Assembly (NCBI GenBank): GCA_965644295.1
Contig: CBFFRP010000066.1
Coordinates: forward strand, 489,344 to 553,343
DNA: 64,000 nt
Source: Paraphysomonas bandaiensis
Lineage: Eukaryota > Protista > Chrysophyceae
Direction of reading: 5' to 3'
Part shown: positions 1 to 12,000 of the stretch, piece by piece
Layout: every line of letters begins with the position of its first letter
Position numbering within the stretch: position 1 is the stretch's first letter
Program-made: the position numbers and the translations under genes
Notes under the pieces: model-generated
The model's input: the letters and a program-made list of their open reading frames with translations, nothing else
Databases searched by the model: none
What the model was told of the DNA's origin: nothing

Positions 1-1
1 C

Positions 2-1675
2 AACGGCCCCACCAGAATTGTCGCTGACGTTGGGCGTGGGAACAGTAACGATGTTCTTCCTTTAGGGTGCTTGGTGGAAGTTCGATTTGGTAAAGGCGGA
101 ACATTTTACCCGGGTAGAATATGTGGTAACACTGGTGGGTCGAACGGGACGTACGACATTGACTACGATAATGGTAATCATGAATCGGGCGTAACACGAG
201 ATATGATTCGAGTGGTTGGCGGTGTGCTTGACTCGGCTACTAAGTTCAAACCCGGCGAGCGGGTTGAAGCCATGTTCACTGGGGATGGCAGTAATAACTG
301 GTACAAAGGAGTTGTGTCTGCCGTGAATGACAACGGGACCTATCGAATCGACTACGACGATGGAGACAGAGAGACTGCAGTCCTCGAAGAAAATATCAAG
401 TCGTTGGAGACAGATCAGGGGCGGTTCAAGGTGGGCGACAGGGTACAAGGTCTCTTTGACGACTCGAATTGGTACCCCGCCACTGTCGCAACCGTGACAG
501 GAAACAAATATAAGCTTGACTACGATGACGGCGATGTCCAAGAGGATGTTACCGAGGATCGAATGAAGCCAATGGCTGCTCCAGACTTGAAGGAGCCACA
601 GATGGAGTCTAAGTACCGAGTGGGTGATCGCATTCTTGCAAAATATGGCGGGAAGACTAAGTATTACCCTGGTGTGATTAGTCAGGTCAGAGCGGACGGT
701 ACCTATGACATTAGATACGATGACGGCGAGTCAGAAAAGAATGTACCCGATCATTTGATAAAGCCAAAGTCGAGTCAATCTGCAACGGGTTTGAAATTTG
801 CAACTGGGGATTACGTTATGGTCAGGTACCGTGGGGGAAAAAAACAATATCCCGGAACCGTTCGGAAGGTATGGTCCAATGGCACGTACGATATCGACTA
901 CGATGACGGCGAAGAGGAGCGATTAGTGCCTGAAAATATGGTGGAGCACGTAGGGGGACACATTCAAGCTCCATCTCCAGGTCCATCCACGTATTCCATT
1001 GGTGCTAGAGTTCAGGTGCAGTATCGTGGGAAAGGAAAGTTCTTCCCAGCTGTAATTTTGCGGCGTTGTGATGGGCAAGATGAGCAATATGATATTGGAT
1101 TTGATGACGGAACGAAAGAGGAGAGGGTGGGAATCGCTCACATTCGGCCCCAAGGAGAAGACAAGCAACCCTCTAAAGCAGCAAACAGTCCTCACAAACG
1201 CGATGAGTTCAAACATGGGGATATGGTGGAGGCAAAGTTTGGGGATGAAAATAAGTTCTATAGAGGTGTAATATCTGGGGTTAATGACGATGGAACCTAT
1301 GTGGTGGAATACGAAGACGGTGATCGCGAGTCAAAAGTGTTACCTACTAATATGCGAAAGGTCGACAGTAACTCTGTGAAGAAAGATGCTATTGAAAACT
1401 CTGTGGAGAGTGCAGTCCCCAAACCAGTTGTTTCGTCGCAGGGTGAAGAGTACAATACCACTCAAGAAACGACAGGAACGGCAGGGGAAGCCCCGGCTCC
1501 CGATAAAGTAGTTGATGCCGACCTCAATGACTATTTCGCTTGGTTATGTGATGAGGATGATAATGATGACGAAGAAATTGGAGCGAATCTGGATGCCGGA
1601 GAGAGTGGGCAGATTCCACCTTATGACCTCGATGCCGATGCCAATGATGATTATGGCGAAGACTTCGAAGATTGA
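2..1675 (+). CDS. Multi-Tudor/Agenet-like repeat protein, 5'-partial
   Basis: Frame is open from base 2. Seven repeats of F/YxxGxxVxxxF/Y...Y-P-G-x-V/I...TYDIxYDDG-x-x-E-x-x-V, then an acidic tail. Confidence 0.85.
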   Translation, partial: NGPTRIVADVGRGNSNDVLPLGCLVEVRFGKGGTFYPGRICGNTGGSNGTYDIDYDNGNHESGVTRDMIRVVGGVLDSATKFKPGERVEAMFTGDGSNNWYKGVVSAVNDNGTYRIDYDDGDRETAVLEENIKSLETDQGRFKVGDRVQGLFDDSNWYPATVATVTGNKYKLDYDDGDVQEDVTEDRMKPMAAPDLKEPQMESKYRVGDRILAKYGGKTKYYPGVISQVRADGTYDIRYDDGESEKNVPDHLIKPKSSQSATGLKFATGDYVMVRYRGGKKQYPGTVRKVWSNGTYDIDYDDGEEERLVPENMVEHVGGHIQAPSPGPSTYSIGARVQVQYRGKGKFFPAVILRRCDGQDEQYDIGFDDGTKEERVGIAHIRPQGEDKQPSKAANSPHKRDEFKHGDMVEAKFGDENKFYRGVISGVNDDGTYVVEYEDGDRESKVLPTNMRKVDSNSVKKDAIENSVESAVPKPVVSSQGEEYNTTQETTGTAGEAPAPDKVVDADLNDYFAWLCDEDDNDDEEIGANLDAGESGQIPPYDLDADANDDYGEDFED

Positions 1676-3363
1676 GCTAGTTTCGGAATTCGCACTGATG
1701 AGTGCCTCTTTATATATAGCGAGTGTTGAATATTATTATGTGGTATAATGTATGATGAATGAAAGGTACTTCAAAGTATTTTATCTGCGTCAATGGGACC
1801 ATGGTAGTCTATTTCACTCTGATATGACTTAATATTTAGTTAATAAGGTGTGCATGACTCTGAACTAGCAAGACTAGTGGATAGAACTTTTAGAGTAAAT
1901 ATTAGAAATGGCCCTTATTTTATCACAACAGAAACCTTATTCAAACAAGCATAAAATGAATTTAATACTTTCAGTATTCGTTTATACATGGTACATGCCA
2001 ATCATCGTTAGCTTCACTACCTTTTCGGTACACACAGTATTGGGTTTAGATTAAAGTTGAACGATTATAACCATTAAAGAAAAATGCATTACATAGGTTA
2101 AATTGAGTGGTATGAAAGATGGTGACTGTTGTATATGATCATCACTGTATACTGTCTGATACTACTATCTCATTGTTTGCATGATGTGCAGTTAATCGAT
2201 TCAGAGAGTTGCAATGACTACAGAAGAAAGTAATAGAAATATAGTTGTAACTGCTTGAGTTCTATGCTCAAAAAATGTCAACGATGTCAAGTTTATTGCA
2301 TACAGAAGTATACAATATAGTGTTATTGTCTATTAAAAGTTTTATATCACATATGCTAATACATCATAATAGTTTTAGTTCGTCAACTATGCTGTTGAAA
2401 CGTGTCTGCTTCGTCCAGCAAGCATAATATGTACACGATTTGTAATTTACTTTCGAGCACTGTTCCAAATCTACTCCGTAGATGTAGCTGGTATCTACTG
2501 TACAAGATATCTTGTATGAATATCATCAACGGTCGGCTCAAAGTACCCTATTCTGTAAGTAAGTAACACTGTCGATAGCCGCCATTTTCAAGCTGGCGAT
2601 GACGTTCATGCAGATGTATATGTGGAGTTGACAGCAGCGCACAGCATTCATAGAGTCACAGTGACGACAGCTAACCCTAATCAACATCGACGAAGAGAAC
2701 CAGCCAGCACATGAATTCAAGCAACAGCGAAAGAGACGCAGCTGTGGATAGTATGACTATGATGAAGGCCTGCTCGTCAGTTCCCCACCTTCACTCTCAT
2801 CACTGTCACTGTCACTGTCACTGTCCTCATCATCTAACCCTCTCCGTTGATTGATCAATAGACATACAGAGCGGACTCCTTCCCTGCATGGATGTGCGTG
2901 TAGATAGGCCAGATATTACATGAAACCCCCCTTTTCTATTAAAACATTGATTTCTGTCGGATTGTTCTAGAAAATGAAGGTTTTCAACATGACACAATTC
3001 TATAATGTTCAGAAAGCTGTTTTTTTGTGCGATATGTCCAGTTTCCAACACACTCCACGTATGAAATAGAACTACGACGTCGTATATAGCATTCGTACTT
3101 CTCTATACATACATACAGTGCCACAGTACACCAAATATACACTATATAACCGTTAGTTTTCTGGTATGTACTGCTGCACTCTATAGAATGTACCTATACA
3201 CTATATGTCTATATATGTACATGACATGCAGGGGAAGCATGTCTAGATGTAGACTGTAACGAGTACGCCCCCATGCATCCAGCAGTACACTCTACGCATA
3301 GCTCGCTATCTCATACATACAACACCCACATCAAGCAGAGTGTCTCGAGTAATGCCCCCATAG

Positions 3364-4785
3364 ATGACACATAACATCAAACACACCGTTCTCAACCTCC
3401 CGTGTGTCCTGGAGGCCATCATTGAGTACCTGTCATGTCCCTCTACTCCCCCACTGCAGTCGCCCTCGTCTCTGCCCCTCATCCTCTCATTCAGACATCT
3501 CTTCGCATCATTCAAACAGCAGATCGATTCATGTGGGTATAAGCCCGTCATACTCATAGCATGCGAGAGGCGGAGGCTCATACGGTCTCTTCATATGGTA
3601 AAGTGGGCGATATCGATCGGCTGTTCGTTCCGTGTAAACTCGTCTGATTATCTGTGTCGCTATGCTGCTGAAGGAGGACACTTTGATATCATTCAATGGG
3701 CAAGATCTCAGTCAAAGCCTTATCCGTGGAGCTCGAAAACTATTGCGGCTGCATGTAGTTATGGTGATATCGCGATACTGGAGTGGCTGCGGTCTCGTGA
3801 TCCTCCGTGCCCCTGGGATCCCTCTGCATATGTGGCCGCAATTAAAGCTAATCGCATGGATGTGTTGAAATGGCTACGTTCAAAGGATCCGCCGTGCCCG
3901 TGGGATGAATCACTTTGTTCGGCAGCCGCAGCAGCTGGAAACACGCATATACTTTCGTGGCTACGTGCCCAGGATCCTCCTGCTCCATGGGATGAATGGA
4001 CATGTGCTGAAGCTGCTAAAGCTGGTCATTTTGAAATTCTTCACTGGGCACGCACGGAGCGTTCGCCGTGCCCTTGGGGTCCGTGGGTTTGCGCTTACGC
4101 CGCTCTGGGCGGTCAACTTGACATTCTGCAGTGGCTTCGATCAAGAGATCCCCCTTGTCCATGGTGCGATTTCACTAATATATTTGCAGCTCAGGCGGGA
4201 CACCTAGAAATACTTGAGTGGATTCAGACAGATGAGTCGCCGTGTCCTCTAACGTCTCGTGTGTGTGCGTGTGCGGCCTTAAAAGGTCATCTTGATATCA
4301 TTCAATGGGCGCGACAGCAGACACCTCCGTGCCCTTGGTATGAAGATACTTGCGCTAATGCTGCTCGAGGGGGGCATCTAAAGCTTATTCAATGGATAAG
4401 GGCACAGTCTCCACCTTGCCCTTGGGATGAAAGTACCTGTGCATACGCTGCTGAAGCAGGACATTTACATGTTCTCCAGTGGGTAAGGGCTCAAACTCCT
4501 CCGTGTCCATGGAATTGGAGGGCTTCATTCCATGCTGTCAGAGAGGGACAACTCCATGTTCTGCAATGGATGCGATCCACAAATCCACCATGCCCGTGGA
4601 ATGAGAGAAATTGCCGCCAACACGCTCTGCAGGGGTGTCACTATGATATTGTTAACTGGATAGACAGTCAAAGAAAACCTAGTACAGCTTTAAGTACTAA
4701 ACTCAAAGAAAGAGCTGTTCTTTATAAGCCTTCGAAAAAAAATTCATCGAAGCCTACTCAAAATCGTACCAATAGAGTCAAGTAA
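3364..4785 (+). CDS. Ankyrin-like repeat protein (CPW-type repeats)
   Basis: Intronless 473-aa ORF with ~11 repeats of C-x-x-AA-x-x-GHLxxLQWxRxxxPPCPW. Confidence 0.85.
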   Translation: MTHNIKHTVLNLPCVLEAIIEYLSCPSTPPLQSPSSLPLILSFRHLFASFKQQIDSCGYKPVILIACERRRLIRSLHMVKWAISIGCSFRVNSSDYLCRYAAEGGHFDIIQWARSQSKPYPWSSKTIAAACSYGDIAILEWLRSRDPPCPWDPSAYVAAIKANRMDVLKWLRSKDPPCPWDESLCSAAAAAGNTHILSWLRAQDPPAPWDEWTCAEAAKAGHFEILHWARTERSPCPWGPWVCAYAALGGQLDILQWLRSRDPPCPWCDFTNIFAAQAGHLEILEWIQTDESPCPLTSRVCACAALKGHLDIIQWARQQTPPCPWYEDTCANAARGGHLKLIQWIRAQSPPCPWDESTCAYAAEAGHLHVLQWVRAQTPPCPWNWRASFHAVREGQLHVLQWMRSTNPPCPWNERNCRQHALQGCHYDIVNWIDSQRKPSTALSTKLKERAVLYKPSKKNSSKPTQNRTNRVK

Positions 4786-5886
4786 AGAAAGATGTGTCGT
4801 TTGTATCGTGGTCTGTCATGGAAACACTTAGACGTCAGTATTCATATGGCGTTTGTCAATAAATATTATAGATACGGGGTTACTGTGATTTTATTCGAAT
4901 AGAACTTCAGTGTTAGTTGTTTTCATATTAGTGTATCAAGTAGCTAATAATTCTATTCTTTTTAGCAGTAAAATTTAACTTGAAACAGTAGAACACAGGT
5001 AGATTCACGAAGTACTAAATTGATGAGATAGTTGATCATATCAGTGTGATTTATGATTTACTGGTTAAATTTTTGTTCTGGGCATTGCAGCTGAAATTAT
5101 ATTGCTGGGTTGTGGGTTGGGCTCGGAATATATATTGATATATTGTATGTCAATATCAAAACAAAATAAATCTGTGATATTGCAATTCAGCCACCAAAAG
5201 TTTTAAGTGCTAAAACCGTTAGTATTAGTATACAGTTGTCACTGTACAATATACAATTAGGATTCAGCTTAATACAAGATTGTAGCTGTGAGTTATAATG
5301 TTCAATGAAATATATCATGAACTGCATTAGAGAGAGTATATGTTGAAGATACATGATCGTCATCATAACGTCGTCATTATCAGTTACACTTCTAACTATT
5401 CCGTTGTGTATAATAGTTATGTTTTATGTTGCTATTCATAATTCTCACTTCACTGTATTCATTACTTTACACTCTAATAATCACAACATTGGTTTACTAT
5501 TACTAAAATCAATTCTTTATTTATACTTATTCAGTATCGTACTACATCAAGCACTTACACTTTATACTATACACAGTGATGGATTGTAAAATATAAAACC
5601 AACTTCGTATCCTCGAGGTCATAAACTTTAAAAATACTCTCAAACAACATGTATACAATATTTAACATTGTTATTTTTATTCGTATAGAAGACCGAGACG
5701 CGGATTTCTCTATTTATGTCAGTTGTCATAATACGGTTTGACTATATTCAATACCGGCACTGAGAGTCTATATAGCAATTTAAAAGAAATAAAACAGAAA
5801 TATCAGCATCTCATATATTGGAGAGTTGCATTGATAGCCTTGTATGTATGAGCCGCAATCACCATCCTCTACAGCCAGATTCAGAA

Positions 5887-8531
5887 TTAGCGATGTCGTG
5901 CTTCCAATATTCTCCTATTCCGTGCAACTTGGCTCCTCCTATACTCCTCGAACAAGGACTTCTCGTCGACAGATGAGATATCATTATTGGGTGCATCGCT
6001 GAAGCTCAACACAGAGCTAGCTCTCATTTGCTCCCCCACCTCGGACATTTCTTCACTGTCCATAGATTCCCAGCGAGGAGACTTGGTACTGTAGATAATG
6101 AAAAAACAGTATATGAGGGCAGCCACTCCAACAGAATATTCCTACCTCAAGATACCATCGTCGTTCTGCCAAGTCACTAGCCCACTGCGCGTAAATAGGT
6201 AGAGGTTTATCACAATAACCACACCACATAGTCCCCAGAATACAACAAGTCCATGTTTGTAATTTAAAAGCTGGTCAGTGTATCTGCCACGCATAGAAGT
6301 TAAGTAATTTATTACACACACTGTCAGGCCATGCAAACAAGTCATCTAGCAACATTTAAGCTCATACCCTCCATCCTCTTGAAAGTTCATGCCATACACC
6401 CCAGCAAGAAATGTCATAGGCAAAAAGACTGTTCCGATCAGGGCCAGGTTAGTCTGTTCATACAGTGTAGTAGCAATTGCTAAGTACATATCCTGCGACA
6501 AACATGCACGATACACACCTGGTTGTATTCGGATCGGATACTAGTAACATGGCTCATAGCTACAGGAAACCTTGAGTGTCGCATTACAATAATAAGAACA
6601 GAAACCCCACCATTTTCCACAGCGAGGACATCGTGCAGCTGGCGTTCCAGACAAGTGGATTTAAATACGTAGCTGTCCACCAAGCACGATATAAAAACAA
6701 GATGCTCCCAATTGATGTGATTGTTCGATGAAAGGATCTCAAATTGACCTATTAATATTCATTATTCGATTCTACTGGCACATTTAATACATACTCGATG
6801 TTTTGTTCATAATAGCTTGAAGGTTCTGGTGAATCTCGTCCACTAATCGATCCATCATCTTCAAAACCGCGAGTAAACTTCAACAACAACAGGAATTAGA
6901 TTCCACAACAATCACAAGGACCACACACACATTCCAACTTTGCGATGAAAGTGTAGCTTTTGCTTGTACGAGATGTGTCGGTGCACCTGTATTATGATGT
7001 AAGAACCTGTCCCTCATTCCGTCTTACAACTGACATACCTGTTGTTTGAGATAAAATATAGTCCTACTGATGAATTCAATCAAGCTGTCAGACTCTGCAA
7101 GAACTTCAGTGCCTGTTAAATAACACGAGTTTAAAGGGGTAATGTAGGCAGCGAATTCATACAAACCTATCTCATACATCATGTAGAAGGCCCCTCTTTT
7201 GCATACAGTATCATACATCTTCACCGTACAGTTAGATTTAGATAACAAGTGATAAACTCGACATACCTCTTGCGTCATTCTAGAGATGAGATTACAGATA
7301 GCAGATGGCTTTTCAGTTTTGAGGTAGACGCCTATGAGAGAACAATAAACACGACAGAGTGATGCTGTGGTTTAAATACGCATGCAATGTACTGTACTTG
7401 ATTTACGGGCAAGTCCCCCAGGGTGCCTTGCAACTGGGCTGCCTACAGGAGCTGGATGCCCATTTAAACCAACCTCGTCTTTTCCTGGACCACCGCTTCT
7501 TTCTGCCCGCAGTTCTCCATTCAAGGGGTTTGGAGAAACCCACTCAGGCGGAAGAGCATCACCACTAGGTGTCAGGGGCTGCGGAGGTTCGTAAACAGCT
7601 GCACCGACAGTAGTTGGAATGTTGGACTTTGCATTAGCCTGGCGATCCGGTGCAATAGATGAATCAGATTCATCATCCGGCTCACAGATTAATTCTCTCT
7701 CGTAAGTGATCACAAACCTAATTGTATATTAATATCCGATTACGGGAGCAAAATTTTCGCACCGATTAGTGTTGAACGTGTAGATCTGCAACAAAGAATA
7801 AGGTAAACACCATGCTACTCCGTTATGGGTACCTTGTGCATTTCAGCATCATCACCAGCCAGCACCATTGTACAAAATGACACCTAGGACCTTATTAGAA
7901 ACAACTACAGAACCTACTTTCAAGTACATACAAATAACCCGTTGTCAATCGCACTGATAGCAGAATGGCCTCTACAAAAAGTGTAATCGGTTATTGCAAT
8001 GTATTGCCACTGATGTTAATTCAAGCATACCTTAAATCGTAGAAATGAGAAAGAGGAATCGGATGAACTTTTAGTTTTTTCCCGATGGCAGCAAGTGCTC
8101 TTAGGTCTTTGACGTTAAACCATGTTATCCCTCTAACACACAGTCTGCTATTAAAGAAAGCAACAAACAACTCGTAGCTCATGTCCGTACCCCTCTGGGA
8201 TCTGATAGGAACTGAGAGTGGCCTCTAAGTCAGCGTATATAATAGCCCGGGGCTTCTGTACAGTGCCGCCCTTATGAAACTCCACCACCTCACACACCAC
8301 CTCATGAGGGGGCATATCTCCCATCTCTTTCGTGTAATCAAAGTCACCTGTTGCTCTGAATGTGTGATGATTGTTGTGGAACTCCAGTGATCTGTGATAG
8401 AGATAGTCCAGAGACACTAACCGCTTCTGGTCCAACACGGTCCATGTCGAGGGAATATCCGCCCAGAAGAAGCCCTCCTGGACACTGCGGTTATCGCTAG
8501 ACACTGATTGATGAGGGGGGTTAGGGGCCAT
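5887..8531 (-). CDS. CorA-family Mg2+/divalent cation transporter (multi-exon)
   Basis: The minus strand at ~6380-6450 reads LALIGTVFLPMTFLAGVYGMNF (CorA GMN signature), followed by a second TM segment. ATG at 8531; many short GT-AG introns. Exact exon borders not all resolved. Confidence 0.85.
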
Positions 8532-9025
8532 AGGGAGAGGGGGTGGCGGGGTTGATAGGGTGTTTATTATGGATATGTGTGGTGTCTCTCTCTATATACA
8601 CGCTCTCTCTATACATACATAGACATGCACATATTCATCCATCTGCTGCTGTGTATACGTACATGGTAGATGCTGTGTACATGAATGCATACACTGCTGC
8701 TCGTGCTGTATGTGATTGTGGTCGATGTATATGTACATGTCTAGATGTGTACTGCTGCTGTACACAGCAATGTACAGTATCCCATAGATGGAATAGATAT
8801 TACCAATGTACTGCTGTAGTGCTGTCAAGAATTTCGAGTACAGCAGTACTCTGTCTATCAGTACACCGCACTCTCCCTCCACTGTACACATACGTATCTC
8901 TGCAGGTATACGCAGTCTCCATGTACTGGACATGTACGTATATCTCTATATACAAGCGTCCATATCTATTTCTATATCTAGAGATCCTCTATGCCCCACC
9001 CCACCTCTTCCCCTCAACAAACACC

Positions 9026-12000
9026 ATGACCCTCCCTCTCCTCCTCTTCCTCTCCCTCCCCCTCCTCTCCTTATGCCTCCCTTATCCTCAGAGGAGCGGG
9101 TGTACAGGCGTCATGGGCGACTCCCTCTCATTGTCGTCTATAATCATTGGAGCTCCCGCATCATTCAGCCCACAAGATACATATTTCGATACAGGGACTC
9201 ACATGGTCAATAGCTGGATACTGTTCGCTCAGTGGATTAACTTACAGCGAGGAGGAATTCATATCAATGGTGAGAATGTCTCTGTCACAGTGACGTACAT
9301 AGAAGACTACTCGGACTCCGCTTATGTCTCATCTGCCACTGATTATCTCCTATCTAAAGGAGTTGATTTCATGTTTGCTCCTTACTCCTCATCTCTTACG
9401 ACTACATGCAGTGATATCACTGAGAGGAATGCAACTCTTTTAATGGCCGGGGCCGCTTCGTCGGTATCTCTTGACGTTAATTTGACATTACTAACTCTTC
9501 CGGACGATATAAGTTCATTGAGGTCATGCTTCAGGGCTTTCGTCGATATGGATGCTAGTAATGTAGTCGTTATCAAAGATAATAATGTAGCACGCTGCCA
9601 ATATTCCGATGTGGTATTCGCTGCCCAACATGAGAAAATAGAGCTAGCCGGATTCTATGAACTAGATCCACTTGACGCCAACTACCACGAAAATCTAACG
9701 ACTATAATAGCGACATTGAAAAGCAGAGGCGTGGAAACTTTGCTAGGATGCAGCTTTGATTCACTTTGTTTACAGGTTAGTTGCTTGCGTCTCGCAAGTG
9801 TCATGTGTTTCAGTAAATTCCTACTTCGTAGATACCTCGTATCGCACAGTCTCTGGACTACAACCCTAGCGGCATGTCATTCTCAATATGTCTCTCTAAT
9901 TTGCGTGTAGTGGAGGAATTGGGACGCTTTGCCGAGTATTTGTACACCACCACTCCTTGGGCACCACTCGATAGCATTGTAGGGACCATCACAGGATGGT
10001 CTGCTTCAGAGTTTGATGATATCTATTATGCCAATTTCTTACAGCATCCTCCCTATCAAGCAGCTAGTGTCTTTGCTAGTGCACTTCTGTTATCAACTGC
10101 TATCGAGATGACTCAAACGCTTGATCCATACATCCTTTCAGACTTCATTAAAAAAGAAAAGTTTCAGACTTTCTATGCTAATATTTCATTTAATGATTCA
10201 TCACAGACATCTTTTGATTCGTTGATTCAGCAGGTAGGTGTGGCATTGTGTAAAAACATGGTGAGGGGCGATATTGACGGTTACGTAGATGCTGTATACG
10301 GGTCGGAATGGAGATTACAACCTCTATGTTGTTAAACCCGATGCATTTCAAGAACGGGCTCCTGTTTTCCCGATGCCTACATGGCGTGAGCGCGAATGCA
10401 ATGATAACACCGATTATTGTAGTGGTCATGGCATATGCACTGATCAAGGAAATTGTACTTGTGATGCCAACTACTATGGTGGAAACAACGCGGCATCGTG
10501 CGACACTTATTGCGATGGGGATATCACAGGGGGATATTGCAAGTCTAACAGGGTCCTCTACGTCGGCGGGATGATATCAAGCACGCTTGCTGAGTATGAC
10601 GAATATTCCTCAGCTCTTCGTTTGGCAATCGACCTTGTAAACAACAAATCAGACGGGTGGTTTGACGACACTCCGCAAATCACAATAAAAGTGCGACTAA
10701 ATGACACACAATGTGATGGCGACGTAGCTTATGCTATGGTACTTGACCAAGAGAATTGGGCCCGAGAAAACAACAACGGCAACGAACTGGATGGTGTGAT
10801 AGGTGCACTATGTTCAGATGCCAGGTTTACAGTAAATATATAATAAAATTATTTGATTTTCTGTTCTTCAGTGAAGCGATTGCTGGCTATGGAACAAGTG
10901 TGTCTCTACCACAGATCTCATTCGCCTCTACTGCTGATGACCTCAGTGACACAGACACGTACTCTTATTTTTCACGTACATGCCCGTCGGACTACTCCCA
11001 AGGAACTATGTTGGCAAACACACTGAATTACTTTGGCATTAAACCATATGTGACAGGTATGCTAATGCTTCGTTTTATATTTGTGTGATCTTCTTCATGT
11101 TATCTGTAGTTGTCTACATGAATGGTTTCAGCCCTACAGGCTTGACGAATGACTTCATTGCTGCGTAAGCTATGTCTGTATTACAATTAATCTTTGGGTA
11201 AGAGTTTAATTTTAGGTGGGAAGGCAGCGGCAACATAGTATTGAAGTCTGTGCTGCTTGAGAATGAAGATGAAGACTCGTCATATGATGACGTAATTGAT
11301 GCTATTGCTGCCACAGGCGCCCCCGCCGTTGTTCTTGTTCTTTATCAAGAAGAAGTGGGAAAAATATTACGCGCTGCTCAGAAGAATGACAGGACGTCAA
11401 GTACAGACATAGTGTGGTTAGGAGTTGAGTACTGGACAGATACTCAGATTGACGACCCCGATTCTCTTGTAAATGGTATATTGGGTCTCTCGCCCTATGA
11501 GTCAAATTCAACTTTAACCCGAAATTTTTATGACTTGTGGGCGTCATTAGATTCAAGTCAATATATTGATTCTGATGGTGACCGTACCACACTTTCTCCG
11601 TACACTACTTTTGTAGTGGACGCTGTGTTTACATTAGCGTTAGCTTATCAACAGGCCATTGACGACAACACTGGGCTAGATGGTTCACTGTTTCGCCAGT
11701 ACGTTTTCCAGGTGATTGCAGGATCAATACAGTTTGATGGTGTATCCGGATTTAAAGATTTTAATACGTACGGGGACCAAGTAAGTCCGTTGTATACAAT
11801 AAAAAACTACCAAATATCAGATGACGGTAGTACCGGTTGGGTTAACGTGGGTTCTGTTAACATTTCCACTACGCTTGATGTTGACCTTAGCACAGTACTA
11901 TGGCCAGGTAATGAGTCCGATATGTCTAATTAGCTTTTAAAATCGTAGTTCAGATGGATCTGTTGGCATAACATCATCATATAGCTCTCAGCTTTCTTTG

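Noticed and set aside
2538-3051. Possible small gene divergent from the ankyrin gene
   Set aside because: Only short ORFs with no recognisable motif or consistent splice model.
8543-9025. 160-aa N-terminal extension of the receptor ORF
   Set aside because: Low-complexity promoter-like tract; the signal peptide starts at ATG 9026.
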